From: Phyllosticta citribraziliensis
Lineage: Eukaryota
DNA length: 64,000 nucleotides
Direction of reading: 5' to 3'
Assembly (NCBI RefSeq): GCF_038025025.1
Contig: NW_027117348.1
Location: forward strand, 930,001 to 994,000
Part shown: positions 62,911 to 64,000 of the stretch, piece after piece
Position numbering within the stretch: the stretch's first letter is position 1
Layout of the letters: each line of letters begins with the position of its first letter
Made by a program: the position numbers and the translations under genes
The notes under the pieces: generated by a model
Told to the model about the DNA's origin: nothing
What the model saw: the letters and a program-made list of their open reading frames with translations, nothing else
The model's database searches: none

Positions 62911-64000
62911 TTAAAACCTGCGCTGCTGCTGCTGATTTTGTTGACTGGTGGTCTGGAACCACGTATCCGCCTTGCCTGTGACAATCTTCGGCGCAGTTTC
63001 AAAGACGGTAGCCCAGTTGACATGATCCCACCACTGCGCCAGGTACTTTGCCTTGCCGGTGATGCCGTGCGTCGGCAGCCAGGCGTGCTCCCACGTGCTG
63101 ACGCACAAGACGGGCGTGACGTCGGCGCCGCCGGGCGCGCGCGTGGCCTGCTTCTTGCCCTCGGAGCTGTACTTGCCCATGGCGCCCACCTCGTTCTGCG
63201 GCGTCGCGTGCTGCTGGCCGCCGGGCACCTGGTTCGCCTTTGCCTCTTGCCCTGCGGCCTGCACGTCGGCGGCCGTGTCAATGTTCTCGGTCGTCATGTT
63301 GACCGACTGCCGGCGCCAGTGCGCGTCCGAAAGGGGCGAGCCCGCCAGGTACGTTGCCAGTATCTTCCACTCGGGCGGGCGGCCGTTGCTGGGTCGGTGC
63401 CATACTAGCCAGACGTATCCGGGGCCGAACATGTGGAAGGCCGTGGCCAGCATTTCTCGCCGCAGGCCGTCGACGCTGCCAAAGGATGCCGTGATGGTTT
63501 TGGTGAGCTCTTCGGGGATTTCGACTTTTGCGGTGGGGCTCTGCCGAGGGGAGTAGGTCAGTCTGGCGTTTGTCTCCCAGTGTGCATGCCGACCCGGCTG
63601 TCTCGGGGGCTTGGACGTACAAGCTTCGAGAAGAAGAAGTGGTTGTTGAACATGGCCGAGGCGAAGTTGAAGACGGCCGCATCGGCCGGGTTGCGCGCGG
63701 CCAGGACGGTGATGGCCTGCGCATCCTTGTTGTCGAACTGTGCCTTGCCTTGTGCGATTGATCGTTACTACCCACGCTTTGCCAACCTCCAGTGCTGCAT
63801 CATCGGCGCGTACCTGTTATCAACTTGTTGAGCCGGCCCGCCATGTGTTGCATGTTCTCCGTGTAGGCAGTCTGGAACCCCTTGGCCGACATGAATATCC
63901 CATCCTCCCCAATGCCATTCGCGACGAATTGATTGTGGACGTTGGTGAGCTTGGCCACCTCGACAATGTGGCGGCGCTGCGAGACGTGCGAGATGCGCTG
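62911..64000 (-). CDS. RSM26: Fe/Mn-SOD-fold mitochondrial small-subunit ribosomal protein (mS42/Rsm26-like), 5' end outside the window
   Basis: FNFASAMFNNHFFF, MFGPGYVWLV, TYLAGSP...AHWRRQ and PVLCVSTWEHAWL. SOD fold with the DxWEH metal-ligand Asp replaced. Confidence 0.75.

Noticed and set aside
62911..64000. Active Fe/Mn superoxide dismutase
   Set aside because: The metal-ligand motif is degenerate (STWEH rather than DxWEH), which matches the mitoribosomal SOD-like paralogue.

Overview
Gene-dense, intron-containing DNA from a filamentous ascomycete (Pezizomycotina, possibly Dothideomycetes; inferred from gene content, short GT-AG introns and CTRAC branch sites). It holds about 20 protein-coding genes: PRE1 (partial), RRP9, GGTase-I beta, an F-BAR/DEP RhoGAP, a 9-exon AT-hook/HMG-like gene that the ORF track only shows in fragments, MDM20, COX23, an Fe(II)/2OG dioxygenase, a PSH1-like RING ligase, a Gly-rich hydrophilin-like protein, gamma-glutamyltranspeptidase, SAD1, CCT2, IRE1, PRP39, a conserved hypothetical protein, a PRO1-type Zn2Cys6 factor, a SAM-PH protein, CDC6 and a SOD-fold mitoribosomal protein (partial). 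The main finding is an unannotated ~2 kb highly base-paired RNA on the + strand (~33000-35040), convergent with SAD1. It has the layout of a fungal telomerase RNA: boundary hairpin, template, P2/pseudoknot, long arm and CR4/5-like junction. Its apparent template, UAAACCCGUAA, predicts a non-canonical 8-nt telomere repeat, TTTACGGG. All base pairings and exon models were worked out by eye, not computed. No mobile elements, tRNA, rRNA or CRISPR arrays were seen.
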